Assembly: GCF_009914755.1 (NCBI RefSeq)
Contig: NC_060938.1
Origin: the human T2T-CHM13v2.0 reference genome, Homo sapiens
Strand: one strand, 5' to 3'
Length of the DNA: 64,000 nucleotides
The notes beneath the pieces were generated by a model that had not been told where the DNA came from, did no database searches, and saw only the letters and a program-made list of their open reading frames with translations. This document shows, in pieces, positions 14,381-29,033 of this stretch. Numbering within the stretch: position 1 is the stretch's first letter; the number at the start of each line of letters is the position of its first letter. Made by a program: the position numbers and the translations under genes.

Positions 14381-14712
14381 CTCTCCAAGTAACCTTCAAC
14401 ATTATTTCATTTAAGCTCTAAACAAAGAAGAGAGAACTCCTCCTGGTGTATTTCAAAAATTCTAGTCTATCAATTACTTTAGTTTACTTTCTCTTTTAGA
14501 TTTTTAATATGCCTCTTCATGGAAATTTGGTCAGAGTGTTTTCAGAGGGAACCTCAGGGTGTTGAATAATAGTACAATGCTGACTTCAAAATCACTTTAC
14601 TCAGACACACTTAGTGCCTGAACCCAGGTGATGCTCCCTGAATATTCTCACTATAAACAGATAACATTTTAGTGAGTCTAGATTACATACATCATATCAA
14701 ACCGTACTTCTC

Positions 14713-15024
<312 letters not shown>

Positions 15025-15609
15025 TATATTTCTTTTCTATCTCTGTCATATCAAAATCAGAAATTCCAAACCAGAAAGACAAGTGCTAAGTGTTTTTGAT
15101 CATTTTTACACACAGTAGGTTAAGCCAGTTTCTAGGCATCTAGAAATTCCAAAAGCCAACACAAAGTCCCACTCATGTCTAAAATCTTGTGAAGGCTATC
15201 CATAACATATCACCTCTTTGGACTTTCACTCTACCTAAAGAGCTAGATGCAATCAGGATATGTAATTAAAACACTCCTTGTATGTGTTCTTTAAGTTTAT
15301 ATGCTTGCAGATATTGTAATTGATAAAAATTTGAGTCCAGATAATGTTCTATAAAATCAATACAAATATGATGTCTAATCCCACAGAACTGTCTTCATTG
15401 TGACTTTACCATGCTATCTACTGTCAAAGAAAAACATTAGACTTGTTTTGCATGAACAATTGAGGATGTTTTTAAAATTGTATTACATCTTTATCATAAC
15501 TTAGAGTCTCATTGTTCATGCTTGTATCATCCCTTAATAAATAGCTCTGCCAAGACTGAGAACACAAATCACTCCTTAGAGTCTAGTTGATCTAGATGCA
15601 CCACCAGCT

Positions 15610-17540
15610 TTTTCCTTTGTTTTTGTTTTTTTAATTTTCAACTTTTATTTTTGGTTCATATGCAGGTTTGTTACATGGATAAATTGCATTTCATAGGGGT
15701 TTTTGTGTATAGATTATTTCATCACACAGGTAATGAGCACAATATCCAATAGGTAGCTTTTCAAAGTTCATCCTGCTCCCACCCTCGACCTTCAAGTAGG
15801 TCCCAATGTCTATTGTCCTCTTCTTTGTGTCCATGTATACTTAATGTTTAGCTTCTACATAGTAGTGAGAACATGCAATATTCAGTTTTCTGTTCCTGCA
15901 TAAATTTGCTTAGCACAATAAGCTCTTGCTCCATCCATGTTGCCATAAAAGGACACAATTTTGTTTATTTTTATGGCTGTGTAGTATTCCATGGTGTATA
16001 TGTACCTCATTTGCTTTGTCCAGTCAACTGTTGATGGGCATTTAGGTTGATTCCATGTCTTTGCTATTGTGAAAAGTGCTGCAGTGAACATACACATGCA
16101 TCTGTTCTTATGGTAAAATGATTCATATTCCTTTGGGTATACAACCAGGAATGTGATTGCTGGGTCAAATGATAGTTGAGTCTTAAATTTTTTGAGAAAT
16201 CTCCAAATTACTTCCCACAGTGGCTGAACTAAGTTACGTTCCTACCAGCAATGTATAAGCACTCCTTATGTTGCCAACATCTGTTGTTTTCTGACTTTTT
16301 AATAGTAGCCATTCTGACTGGTGTGAAATGATATCTCATTGTGGTTTTGATTTGCATTTCTCTAATAATTAGTGATATTAAGCATTTTTTCAAATGATCA
16401 TTGGCCATATGTTTGCTTTCTTTTGAGAAGCGTTTGTTCATCTCCTTTGCCCAATTTTAATAGTTTTTTTTGCTTCTTAATTTATTTATGTTTCTTATGG
16501 ATTCTGGATATTAGACCTTCACTGGATGTATTGATTGCATTGTGTGTAAACATTTTCTCCCATTCTGTAGATTAACTGATTACTCTGTAGATAGTTTCTT
16601 TTGCTGTGCAGATGCTGTGTAATTAGGTCCCACTTGACTATTTTTGTTTTTTCTTGCTATTGCTTTTGGATTCTTCATAATGAAATCGTTGTCAGGGCCT
16701 CTGTGCAGAATGGTATTTCCTAGGTATTCTTTTATGGTTTTTATAGTTTTAGGTTTTACATTTAAGTCTTTAATTTATCTTTAGTTGATATTTTTATGAT
16801 GAAAGGAAGGGGTCCAGTTTTAATTTTCCATATATATAGCTAGCCAGTTATCTCAGCCACTTTTACTGAAAAGGGAGTTCTTCCAGGTTTCTTTTTATTT
16901 TTTTCTTAACTTCGCAGAAGGTCTGATGGATGTAGGTGTGAGGTTTTATTTCTGGGTTCTTTAACATGTTCCATTGGTCTATGTGTCTGTTTTTGTACCA
17001 GTACCATGCTGTTTTGGTTCCTATAACCTTGTAGTATAGCTCGAATTTATGTAGTGTGATGCCCCCAGTCTTGTTCTTTTTGATTAGGACTTCTTTTGCT
17101 ATTCAGGCTCTTATTTGATTCTATATAAATTTTAGAATAGTTTTTTTTCTTCTTTTTCTGTGGAAAATGTTGTTGGTAGTTTGATAACAACTGCATTGAA
17201 TCTGTAAATTGCTTTGAGCAGTATGGCCACATTAACAATATTGATTCTTCTTATCCATGAGCAGAGAGTATTTTTCCACTTGTTTGTGTAATTTCTGATT
17301 TTCTACAGTATTGTTTTAGAGTTCTTATTGTGGAGATCTTCAACTTGCCAGGTTAGCAGTATTCCTAGCTATTTCTGGTTTTGGATGTGGCTATTATGAA
17401 TGGGATTGTATTCTTGATTTGACTCTCAGCTTGGATATTATTTGTTTAGAGAAATGCTACTGACTTTTATACATTGATTTATAATCCTGAAACTTTGCTG
17501 AAGTTATTTATTATATGTAGAAATCTTTGGGGGAAAATCT
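15610..17540 (-). mobile_element. L1PA15/16-type 3' part, non-inverted segment
   Basis: T-rich tail, then caggtttgttacatggataaattgc..gattatttcatcacacaggtaatgagca. ORF2 peptides [20 protein letters not shown] and [19 protein letters not shown]. Confidence 0.9.
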
Positions 17541-18771
17541 AAAGATACAACATACTGGGAACTTCGGGACACAGCTACAACATGTTAAGAGAAAAGTTGA
17601 TAGTGCTAAACACCTACATCAAAAAGTTAGAAAGATCTCAAATAAACAACCTCACATCACACCTAGAGGAACTAGAAAAACAAGAGCAAATCAAACCCAA
17701 AGATAGAACAACAACAACAAAATCCCAAAATCAGAGCTAAACTGAACAGAATGAAGACACAAAAAACCATACAAAAGATGAATGAAAGCAAAAATTGGTT
17801 CTTTGAGAAAATAAATATGATGGATAGACTGCTAGCTAGACTAGTAAAAGAAAGAGAGAAGATCCGAGGAAATGCAGTCAGAAATGACAAAGGAGACGTT
17901 ACCACCCACTTCACAGAAAACTTCAGAGACTATTATGAACACCTCCATGCACACAAACTGGAAAATCTAGAATAAATGAATAAATTCCTACGAACACACA
18001 ATTTTACATGACTGAACCAGGAAGAAATTTAAACACTGAACAGACTAACAGCTAGTTTCAAAATTGATTATGTAATACAAAGCCTACCTACCAGAAAAAG
18101 TCCTGGACTAGATGGAGTCACAGCTAAATTTTACCAGTCATATAAAGAAAGACTGTTACCAATCCTGCTGAAATCATTTCAAAAAATTGAGGAGGATGGA
18201 CTCCTCCCTAACTCATTCTACGAGTCCAGCATTATTTTGATACCAAAACCTGGCAGAGACACAATGAAAACTTTAGGCCAATAGTGCTGATGAACATGGA
18301 TACAAAAATCCTTAATAAAATACTAGCAAACCAAATTCAGCAGCACATCAAAAACCTAATCTACCTTAAAAAAGTAGCTTTATCCCTGGGTTGTAAGGTT
18401 GGTTCTATATACAAAAATTAATAACTGTGATTCATCACAGAAACAGAACTAAAAACAAAATCCACATGATCATCTCAACAGACACAGAAAAGCCTTTCAA
18501 GAAATTCATCATCCTTTCATGTTAAAAACCATCAACAAAGTAGCTATTGAAGGAACATACTTCAAAATACTAAGAGTCACCTATGGCAAACCCATAGCCA
18601 AAATCATACTAAACAGGCAAAAGCTGGAGGCATTCCCCTGGAGAACCAGAATGAGACAAGGATGCCCATTCTCCCCACTCCTATTTAATATAATACTGGA
18701 AGTCCTAGACAGGACAATCAATGAGCAAGATAAATAAATAAAGCGTATCCAAATAGGAAGAGAGGAAGTCA
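17541..18771 (+). mobile_element. Inverted 5' segment of the same L1 (ORF2 Z/RT region)
   Basis: aaagatacaacatac...aaataggaagagaggaagtca. Peptides [10 protein letters not shown] and [18 protein letters not shown]. Confidence 0.9.
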
Positions 18772-19166
18772 GTAGACAATATGGTTTCATACCAAGCTCC
18801 TTCCTTTCTGAGATCTTGCTTCCAGTCTTGCAGTGATTGTAGGGAATGGGGACTAAATTCTGACTACCTGAGGAATCACAGTTATCCACTTACATTTTAT
18901 CCTAGAGGAAATATCCATTTTCCTTATGTTCCTACCTTCCCTCTTCCCATTGATTTCCCCTAAAAATTTACTTCATATCTCAGGTTTCTGCAAAATAAAT
19001 TAAGGAAAGAAAGTGGCTCTTTGTAATTTTGACCTTTTTTTTTTGAAACAGATATATTGCTGCCTGTAACCAGACAAAAAGCCCTGATGCCTTTCTGGAT
19101 AGGTGATGAGAAAATAGCATGAGAACAACGTAAATTTAAATTTGAAATATATTCTCGCAATGTAAC

Positions 19167-19251
19167 TCTACCTAGTAAATTTTTGAATTTACTCAAATAA
19201 ACTAGTAAATTTTTTTTCTACCTAGTAAATTTTTGAATTTACTCAAATAAA
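19167..19251. repeat. Perfect 35-bp direct duplication with a 15-bp templated spacer
   Basis: tctacctagtaaatttttgaatttactcaaataaa at 19167-19201 and 19217-19251. Confidence 0.9.
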
Positions 19252-19799
19252 TTGCTTCTCAATGACTACTACAGGAGAAAAGTGTTTTCATGATTATCAC
19301 GTGTATCCAAGTCTGTTCTGAATTGCCCCCACCCCCAGCACAATTAGTGTAGTAAACAAAGAAACATTTGGGTATATATATGATCTACAATGGCAAATAA
19401 TTTTCTTGTACATTCAACTGTCTTTGTAGGTCTTTATCTTTCCAGAAATAAAGCGAACCCATCCAGTGAGGCCAGACTGTTTAGAATTTTCTCCAAGTTT
19501 GAATAAGATTCTGTTTTACCTATTATCACCCTAAGTCTTAGGATTAAAGAATATGTTATGAGAAACTCATATTGACTTATATCTCCAGTTATGGTCTATT
19601 CTCTCGATGTACATAATGTACATAGTCCACCAACAGCATTTAGTCTTCATGGGTTAATAGCCATCATTGCAACTCATGAGGGAGCAATCTCAAAATGGTA
19701 GCTGACTTATGAGACGTTAGCCACTCTCACAGCCTAGCTCGTTTATCAGAGAGGTATTGAGATATCACTCTCTCTGTTTTTTCTTTTCTTTTTTTTACT

Positions 19800-21340
19800 C
19801 TCATGCTGAAGGATTGAAAGAATCAATATCATTGAAATGACTACAGTGCCCAGTGCAATCTACAGATTCAGTGCAATCCCTATCAATTTACCAATGTCAT
19901 TTTTTACACAATTAGAAAAAATAATCCTAAAATTCATATAGAATCAAAAAAGATCCCCAAAAATAAAAGCAATTCTAAACAAAAAGTATAAATCTGGATG
20001 CATCACATTGCCTGACTTTAAATTATACTACAAGGCTACGGTAACTAAAATAGGATGGTACTTGTCCAAAAGTAGACACATAGATCAATGGGAGAGAATA
20101 AAGAACCCAGATATAAATTCACATACCTACAACCATACTTCTTATCATCAACAAAGTCCTCCAATAATGCTGGGAAAATTGGCTAACCATATGCAGAAGA
20201 ATGAAACTAGACCCCTATCTCTCACTATACACAAAAATTAATTCAACATGGATTAAAAAATTAAATATAAGACCTTAAACTATAAAAATACTTGAAGAAA
20301 ACCTAGGAAAAACTCTTCTGGCCATTGGCCTAGGCAAATAATTTTTTATTATGTGCCCCAAAACAAATGCAACACAAACAATAATAGGCAAATGGGACTT
20401 GATGAATTTACAAAACTTCTGCACAGCAAAACAAACTGTCACAGAGTAAAAGACAACCTATGGATTGGGAGAAATATTTGCAACTTATGCCTCTGACAAA
20501 GCACTAATAGCCAGAATCTAAGAGCAACTCAATAGGAAAACAAAACAATACAAACTGATCAAGAAACCCAAACAGAAATTCCTTAAAGAAGAAATACAAG
20601 TGGCCAATAAACATATGGAAAAATGCTTTATATAACTAATCATTAGAGAAATGCAAATTAAATCCTCAGTGACATATCATCTTACATCAGTCAGAATGGT
20701 TATTATTAGAAAGTCAAAAAACAACAGATGGTGGTAGGCAGGCAGAGAAAAGGAAATGATCATACACTTTTGATGGGAATGTAGATTAGTTCAACATCTA
20801 TGGTAAACAGTAGGGAGATTTCTCAAAGAACTAAAATAGAACTACCATTCAACCCAGCAATCCCACTAGTGGGTATCTACCCAAGGGAAATAAATAATTG
20901 TATAAAAATGATGCCTGCACTTATACATGCATTGTAGCACTATTCACAATAGCAAAGTCATGAAAACAACCTGAGGATGTATCAGTGGTTGATTGGATAA
21001 AGTAAATGTGGTACATATACATCACAGAATACTACACGGCCATAATAAAGAATGAAATCATGTCCTTTGTAGCAACATAGGTGCAGCTGGAGGCCATTAT
21101 CCTCAATGAACTAACTCAGAAACATAAAATCAAATACTACATGTTTTTGATTATAAGTGAGAGCTGAACAATGGATACACATTCACTGGGGATGTGATGG
21201 GGATGGGAGAGGCGGCAGAGTTGAAAAATTACCTATCAAATACAATATTTACCACTTGGGTAATAGGTAGACTAGAAGCCCAATCCCCATCAGTACACAA
21301 TATAACAAATATGCACATTTGCCCCCTGAAACTAAAATTA
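19800..21340 (+). mobile_element. L1PB (about L1PB4), 5'-truncated
   Basis: ORF2 peptide [13 protein letters not shown]. 3'UTR gttgaaaaattacctatc..actagaagcccaatcccca..ccccctgaaactaaaat. Confidence 0.88.
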
Positions 21341-21346
21341 CATATA

Positions 21347-21480
21347 ATTTAGAGGTGAGGAAACTAAGCTTAGAGAAATGCTATGACATGGACAAAGCAG
21401 TAAATTCAGTAAATGGCAGAATTCAGAGTTGAGTAATTCTATATTTATTGCATAATCCACAGTTCTTACTACATATAATA
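21347..21480 (-). mobile_element. MIR fragment
   Basis: gaggtgaggaaactaagcttagaga...agtaaatggcagaattcag. Confidence 0.6.
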
Positions 21481-23302
21481 CTATGTATATTTCTGTCTAC
21501 CTACTAGCATAGGGTTGTAGGCTAAGTAGGATATACCACATGTTTCTATTCTCATTTGATGTCTTCCTCCTATTGCTTTTACCTCATATGTCATCTGGTA
21601 CTTGGAAAACTGCAGGAAAATGAGTTCAAATGACTTTTATATAATGATATACCTGAAAATGAAAAAATAGTTGAATAAACATGAATTTAATTTCTATGTC
21701 TTTTTTTCATTGATGAAACTCCATAATTTATAAAAAATAATTTCTTTACTGATACTATTAAACCTATTTTGTGTAAAATATAGTTTAAATTAAAAATGAT
21801 TTAAATAAAATAAAAAATATCAGACTAAAATAATATTACCAAGCATCTTTGGTGAATCATAGCAAATTCACTATGATTTTCATATAGTCTTTGCTTCTCA
21901 AAAATGGAGTAGTAACTTTTGTTTTATTTAAGATGTTTTGACTTTATAACTAAGACTAAATTTATATTGTTTTCGATTCTTTGTATACAAAACATGAATC
22001 AACCACTAGTTGTGCTTGAGAATAAAAAAGAGTAGGTCTTTTCCTTAACCATTTGCCTCAGGACAGTTGGTAGTAGACTAATATAAATACACTTTAAAAT
22101 CTGGTGTTTTAGGTAAAATAAAAGAGCAACACTTCATCATTGTCTCAAAAGCAGGAGAGAAAAACAAAATGTAAAACCTTTTCATGATCACCACCTTTGC
22201 AAAATACTAATTTTCCTTCAAATGCCATAAATCATGTAAACAGAATGCATTATGTTGTTGCTCATTCCATCCATCTACTGAATTTTATAGCCTTCTTTTC
22301 ATGTGTGAATCATTTTGGTTTATTCATGATTTATCTCTCACACACACTCAATGGGAAATTTTTTTTCTATCACCTAGAACATATTAATTACTTTAATTAA
22401 GCAACACATTTGGAGCATACTGGCAGACAAAGCAAAAATAGGAAAGCATTCAGTTATGTGGTACTGGCAGCATTCAGAAATAAGATGGTTTATAGAGATG
22501 TTATTTTATACTGCCATTAAAACTTGAGGTATATTTATAATGCAAACATTTTAGATGAAATCTACATAATTTTAATTGGACAGTTAACAAAAATTTTCCT
22601 CAAGAAGTTATTCCATATTATAACCCTTTATTGAAAGCTGAACTAGAACTTCAAAAATAATGTGCTTAAGTGGAAGCATATGTATCACATTACAAACATA
22701 GAAACAATTTAAGCCATACAGTATAAGAGATAGTTAATGACCTACGACATGCTTTCGTTAAGAGACTTTAATATGTCTTAAAATACACCTAATCCAATAT
22801 TAAAGATCCAAGAAAAGTCTCAATTGCAAATCTCTCTTTGCAAACAAGATATGCTTTTGCTACTAGACCTATGGAAAGATGAAATGTATTATATGTTCAA
22901 CTATCCTACATATTCAGAGGTTGTAGCTATCCTAAATATTCACAGAAGTAAGATGTAAAATTATCAACAGATAAGATCAATATTTTGTCTCAGACAAGAA
23001 CTTGACATTGTCTACAATGCAATAAAGAATACAGAACAACCAGAAAATAATTTTGCTTTGAGAGACTTTAAGAATATTTGTAAAAATTCATGACAGAATG
23101 TAGGTGTTGGTTAAAAACTGCCCATGTAAACTAAACTGTAGGTGCTATTATGTACTAATGAAAATGAATAAAGAAAGCACCATTCATTTGATTGTTCCTG
23201 AAATCCCTGAGGTATGTATGGAGTTAGTTAGATAATCTAACCTGTGAACATTGGTCCTATGCCTTATCAGAGATTTTTATTTTTACTTAAAAGCTACCCT
23301 GA

Positions 23303-23652
<350 letters not shown>

Positions 23653-24839
23653 CTAAAAACTTAACTTAGTTTTATTGAATTCTTAGAGTCTGTCTGGATG
23701 CCCTCCTTTGGTACTCTCATGATAATTTTAGTCTAGGTTGGGAAACCACCACTACCCAAGGGGATACAAGAAAAATGATGGTAACTGTTCAATGAGCTAT
23801 GGAAATTAGTAGAAAAAAAAAACTTGTAAAAATCAGCTCAAAATTGATTTACCCTATTAAGTTCTATTTTGTTACTAATTATTAGTCATTTTGTTATGTT
23901 CTATTACATTTAATTTGTCATTTCATTACATGAGTGTCCCAAGTGCTGGGAATTGACTTTCTGAAAAGCTATTACCTTATTTTTGAAAAGATTTTGCCAA
24001 ACTAAAAATTAAAGTCATTTTTCAAAGAAGAAAATAATCTTTCATGATGATAATTAAAACGTTAATTTCAAAATTCATAAAATGATGGTTTGACAAGACT
24101 TAGAGTGAATAAATAACTTCAGGTTTATCTCTGTATTGCTTAAAAATACTAAATTATTGTACATAGATGGCTTAGAATCGAATAAAGCATTTATTGACCA
24201 TCTGCCTATAATTTAAATTAAACAGTTGTCCATTCTAATTTATGCTCTAATTTTAGATGACTTTAACCATTATTGAAAAATAAATACAATTTTAAATATT
24301 GGTAAGCAAATTTACAACTATATAGGCTGTTCAGCGATGTTATTTAAATAAGAGAAAGCAAACATTTTTACTATATTTTATCAAAAACTGTATTAATCAG
24401 GGAAAATACAAACATTTTAACTTTTGAAATTAAGCATTTACTTATTAAACAAAATATTGTTGAAGCTTCTTCTTAAGTTGATATAACCAGAGTTAGTAAC
24501 ATATTACTTATTGTATATTTTATCATATATCTTCTTTTAATTTTTATCTGTGTGTCTCGCTTCCCTATACATTCACTATACTTGTACTAATAATGCATTT
24601 GGCTCAGTGACAAATATATAAGAGCTCCTTGTAAGGCTTGCCCTATTCTACTTCCAGATGTAAATAAAATGTAAAAACACTGAATCAGGATGAGTGGGGG
24701 CTCAATAACCTTAGGAAGTAGTTGAGATCACTATATCTTTGTTGGGCAAAAAAGAATTTTCATAAATGGAATGTACATCATATATGTTTCTAATTCTTAA
24801 TTCACAAACTCATAACACATGCAAACATGAGTCACGAAA

Positions 24840-25250
24840 TAAATGTTTTGAAAAAATTGGTTATCCTGTAAGAAAAGTACAATTTTTATTTATCTTATTA
24901 TATATGAAAATAAATAATAGTTAAAGATTTAAATGTTAACACAATTGTAAATCTTAAAAAATATAGGTGAATAAATAAATGAGAGCGTTTGAATTCTATT
25001 CTACAGGCAGTGGGAATTCAATATCTGTAAAATAATAGATTTTAGTGCATACAAATGTGAAAGTCTGGACACATAAGAGACAATGACACACAAAAAAACC
25101 CTCACAAGTTAATATAGATTTGAGATTGTATTAAGGATAAATTATTGCTAATTTTCATGAGAAAAAGTATACCAGTTGAGAATTAATAAATATATTTACC
25201 AAAATAAATTCACACAATTAATTCAAATGGACATCTTCATACCTATGAAA
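24840..25250 (+). mobile_element. Very old L1 (L1ME) ORF2 3' fragment
   Basis: ttaaagatttaaatgttaa..aaaaaatataggtgaata; degenerate. Confidence 0.4.
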
Positions 25251-25299
25251 ATATATAGAGATGCTCGATCTTTAGAAAATGGTGCAGAACTGTTTTTCA

Positions 25300-28020
25300 C
25301 TGCTTAGCACAACCATAGACATTGGAAATGGTGAAAGATACAACAAAAACAGAACTCTTAATGGTGAAAAAATATTGAGATCACAGGACTGGAGTAACAG
25401 CACTGCATCAAGTTGTCTTGTGCATCAACTCTACCTGCTGCAAATAAAACAGAAGTATCATTGACATGAACCCAACACCACCAGCAACGGAGAGCCACAT
25501 TAGAAATAAATGGTCAGTGGAGATACTTTCCTTTTCCATTAGGTCTTTGACTCCCATTTTTAATGTGATGGAGAAGTGAATCATGCAAGAGTGACTCACC
25601 TATAGCAAGTATGTTGGTGCAAAAATCCTCTTTATTCTAGTGGGCTCAACATTCTCCTCTTCACCTAGAGACAGCAGTAGTGGTCCCACCACACCCTATG
25701 AAAGACAGCCATTGGCCCGGCCTGGAGAAACTGCCTCTGCTCCTTCAAACAGGAGCAACAGGGATCATTGGGATCCCCAGAAACACTAGACAAACTACAA
25801 AGACCCCCCAAAAATACAAGGGGTCTGAAAGTTAAACTATAATTGAATCTCAGCCCACAAAAGTAGACCAAGATCCATATGCTAAACTTAAACAGGGTGT
25901 CTCCCTACTAAAATAAATTATTTAAATGGGATTTTGGTTCACCTAACATAGTAGATTAAATGTCCAGGATACAATTTTAAAAATGCCTGTTATTATAAGG
26001 ACCAAGAAAATGACCATTAGAATGAGAAAAGATAATCAACTGATGTAAATAACAAAATGAATCAGATTTTTGAGTTATCTGACAATGATTTTAAGTAAAC
26101 ATCAACAGAAGACCTCAAAAATCAATTACAAATTCTCTTGAAATAAATAAAAACTTAAAATTTCACCAAATGAATAAAGATCATAAAAGGAACAGAATAG
26201 AAAATATAGAACTGAAAAAATTTAATAACATTTTTAAAATGGTTGAATGGTTCTAATGGTAAGGTGGAGATGATAGAGGGTAGATGAGTAAACTAGAGAG
26301 TAGAACAATAAAATTCACCTGATCTGAAAAAAACAGAAAGAAAATAAACTTCAAAATAAAGAGATTTTCAGAAGCCCGTGGGTCAATAACAAAAAATCCA
26401 AGTTTCATATCATCCAAGTACCAGGACAGGTGAAAGAGAGAAAAGCTGAAAAGGTATTTGCAGAAATAATGTCTGAAAATTTTCCAAATTTGACAAAAGA
26501 CATACATTTGCAGATTCAAGAAACTGAGAAAGCCCTTATTGGTATATACACAACGAAATCCGTCTGAATATAGATTTTGATTAAACTTTGAACAGAAGTA
26601 ATGACAATGGGAAAATCTTGAAAATATCCAGAGAGAAACAACATATCAGCTATATGGGAACACCATTTCAAATGACAACAGATTTATTATGTGAAACCAT
26701 TGAGGCCAGATGAGTGCTACAATATTTTTCAAGTGATGAAAGAAAATAATTGTCAGTCATAAATTTTACATTATGCAAAACTATACCTCAGTAATACATG
26801 TGCAATAAAAACACTTCCAGATAAAGTATGACTGAAAGAATTTTTTACTAGCAGACCTTCTCTTAAAGACTGGCTATTGGAAGTTACTCATTTTAAAAGA
26901 AAGAATCTTAAAGCTCAGATAGGAAGAAGGAACAAAGGAAAGAATAGAACTATGGATACATGCAGTAGATTATCATTTTTCTTCTGAGTTTATGAAACAT
27001 ATTGGATGATTGAAGCAAAAATTATAATACGGTCTGATTCTCAAGAGACTAATATTGAAAAATGAAAAAGGTAAAGAGACTTAAGTGGAAATGAGGTTTT
27101 CATATTTCATTCAAAGGGATGAAATAAAAAACATAAGTAGAATTATGCATGCTGTGATACCCAAAGCAATCACAACAAAACTGTACAAGATACACTAAAA
27201 AATCCTATACATACATCAAAATACAATTCTAAAAAATGTTCAAATAACACACAAGAAGTCAAGACAAGGGATATAGAGGAATCAGAACCTGAGAAAACAA
27301 GTAATAAAATATTAATATTAATAACAATGAAATGGCAATATTAGTATCTGACAAAATAGACTTCTAGGCAAATACAATTTTTAGAGATAAAGAGGTATAT
27401 TGCATAATGATGAAAGGATAACTAGCCGAAGAGCATATAACAATTCTAAATATGTACATAACAAAGAAGGCCTCAAAATACATGAAGCAAACTGATAATT
27501 ATGAAAGGAGAAAGAGACAAATTCACAATTATTATTGCAGTTTTTAATACTCTCCTCTCAGCAACTGAAAGGATATAGAAAATCTGAACAATGAAATTAA
27601 CCAACAGGATCTAATTGACATTTATGCAACACTACGTCTAACATACATAAATTATGGAATACATAAATTTTGAAGTGCCTATGTTACATTTGCCATATAG
27701 ACTAAACCCTGAATTATAAAACACACATCATAGCTTTCAAAGTAATTAAAATAATACTGTGTGATCTCTGATTATAATTAACTAAAAATGGATATAATAA
27801 CAAAAATATGACATAATTTTTTAAAATATGAACATTAAATAACATATTTCAGAGAATCCATAGGTAAAAGATAAAATTTTTCAAGATAATTTTAAAAAAT
27901 ACATAGCACTAAATGAAAATAAAAACACAATTTATAAAAATACATTAAATTTTTTAAAGCACTAGTAAGAATAAAATATATAGCACTAAATAATTACACT
28001 AAAATGGAAAAAGTTCTCAA
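25300..28020 (+). mobile_element. Old L1 (L1MC/L1MD-type) 5'UTR, ORF1 and endonuclease region
   Basis: ORF1-like gaaaattttccaaatttgacaaaagacata..cagattcaagaaactgag. EN-like atctgacaaaatagacttc..ccaacaggatctaattgacatttat. Confidence 0.75.
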
Positions 28021-28039
28021 ATTAAAAATCCAGAATGAA

Positions 28040-28920
28040 GGAAATACACCATTGATGATTTCAATAGAAGCAGAAAAAGCATTTTGCAAAATCCAGCATC
28101 CCTTCATGATAAAAGGTCTCAACATATTATGCATACTGCAACAAAATAAAGGCCAAATATGACAAACATACTGCTAAGATGATACTTAATGAGGAAAAGT
28201 GGAAAGCTTTTATTCTGAAATCTGGAATCCGACAAGAAGGCCTACTTCCACGAGTTCCATTCCACATAGTAATGAACATCCTAGCGAGCAGTTAGGCAAG
28301 AAAAATAAATAAGAGACATCCAAATTGGACAAAAAGGAAGTCAAATTGTTTGTTTGCAGGCAACATGATATTATATGTAGAAAACCATACTCTGCCAAAA
28401 ACCTATTAGAACTAATAAATGAATTTCATATAGTTACAGGAGACAAAATCAACATATAAAAATTAGTAGGTTTCCAAACACCCCATCTTCTCACTCATAA
28501 GTGGGAGTTGAACAATGAGAACATATGGGCACAGGGAGGGGAATATCACACACCAGGGCCTGTCGGGGGGTAGGGGGAAGGGGAGGGATAGCATTAGGAG
28601 AAATACCTAATGTAGATGATGGGTTGATGGGTGCAGCAAACCATCATGGCACATGTATACGTATGTAACAAACCTGCACGTTCTGAACATGTATCCCAGA
28701 ACGTAAAGTATAATAAATAAATAATTTAAAAATTAGTAGCTTTCTATAAGCTAATAGTAAACACTTCATGACATTATTGTAGGTGAGGATTTTTTTTTTA
28801 GATAACACCTCAAAAGCACAGGCAACAAAAGTGAATACAGAGGATGGAATTGCATCAAACTAAGTAGATTTCACACAGCTAAGAAAACAATAAACAGAGT
28901 AAGGAGACTACTGACAAACT
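28040..28920 (+). mobile_element. L1M ORF2 fragments (interrupted by L1PA7)
   Basis: atttcaatagaagcagaaaaagcatttt..gtttgcaggcaacatgata..aaaagcacaggcaacaaaag. Confidence 0.8.
28475..28727 (+). mobile_element. L1PA7-type 3' end with 17-bp TSD
   Basis: aatgtagatgatgggttgatgggtgcagcaaacca. TSD aaaaattagtag(g/c)tttc at 28458-28474 and 28728-28744. Confidence 0.93.
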
Positions 28921-28933
28921 CTGTAGCTGTAGT

Positions 28934-28978
28934 TATACATACATATATATATATGTATATATATATATATAATATATA
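28934..28978. repeat. (TA)n microsatellite
   Basis: Direct inspection. Confidence 0.85.
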
Positions 28979-29033
28979 AAACCTAAAACTATGAATTATC
29001 TTCAAAATAAAAAGAAAGACAGACAGACAAAAA

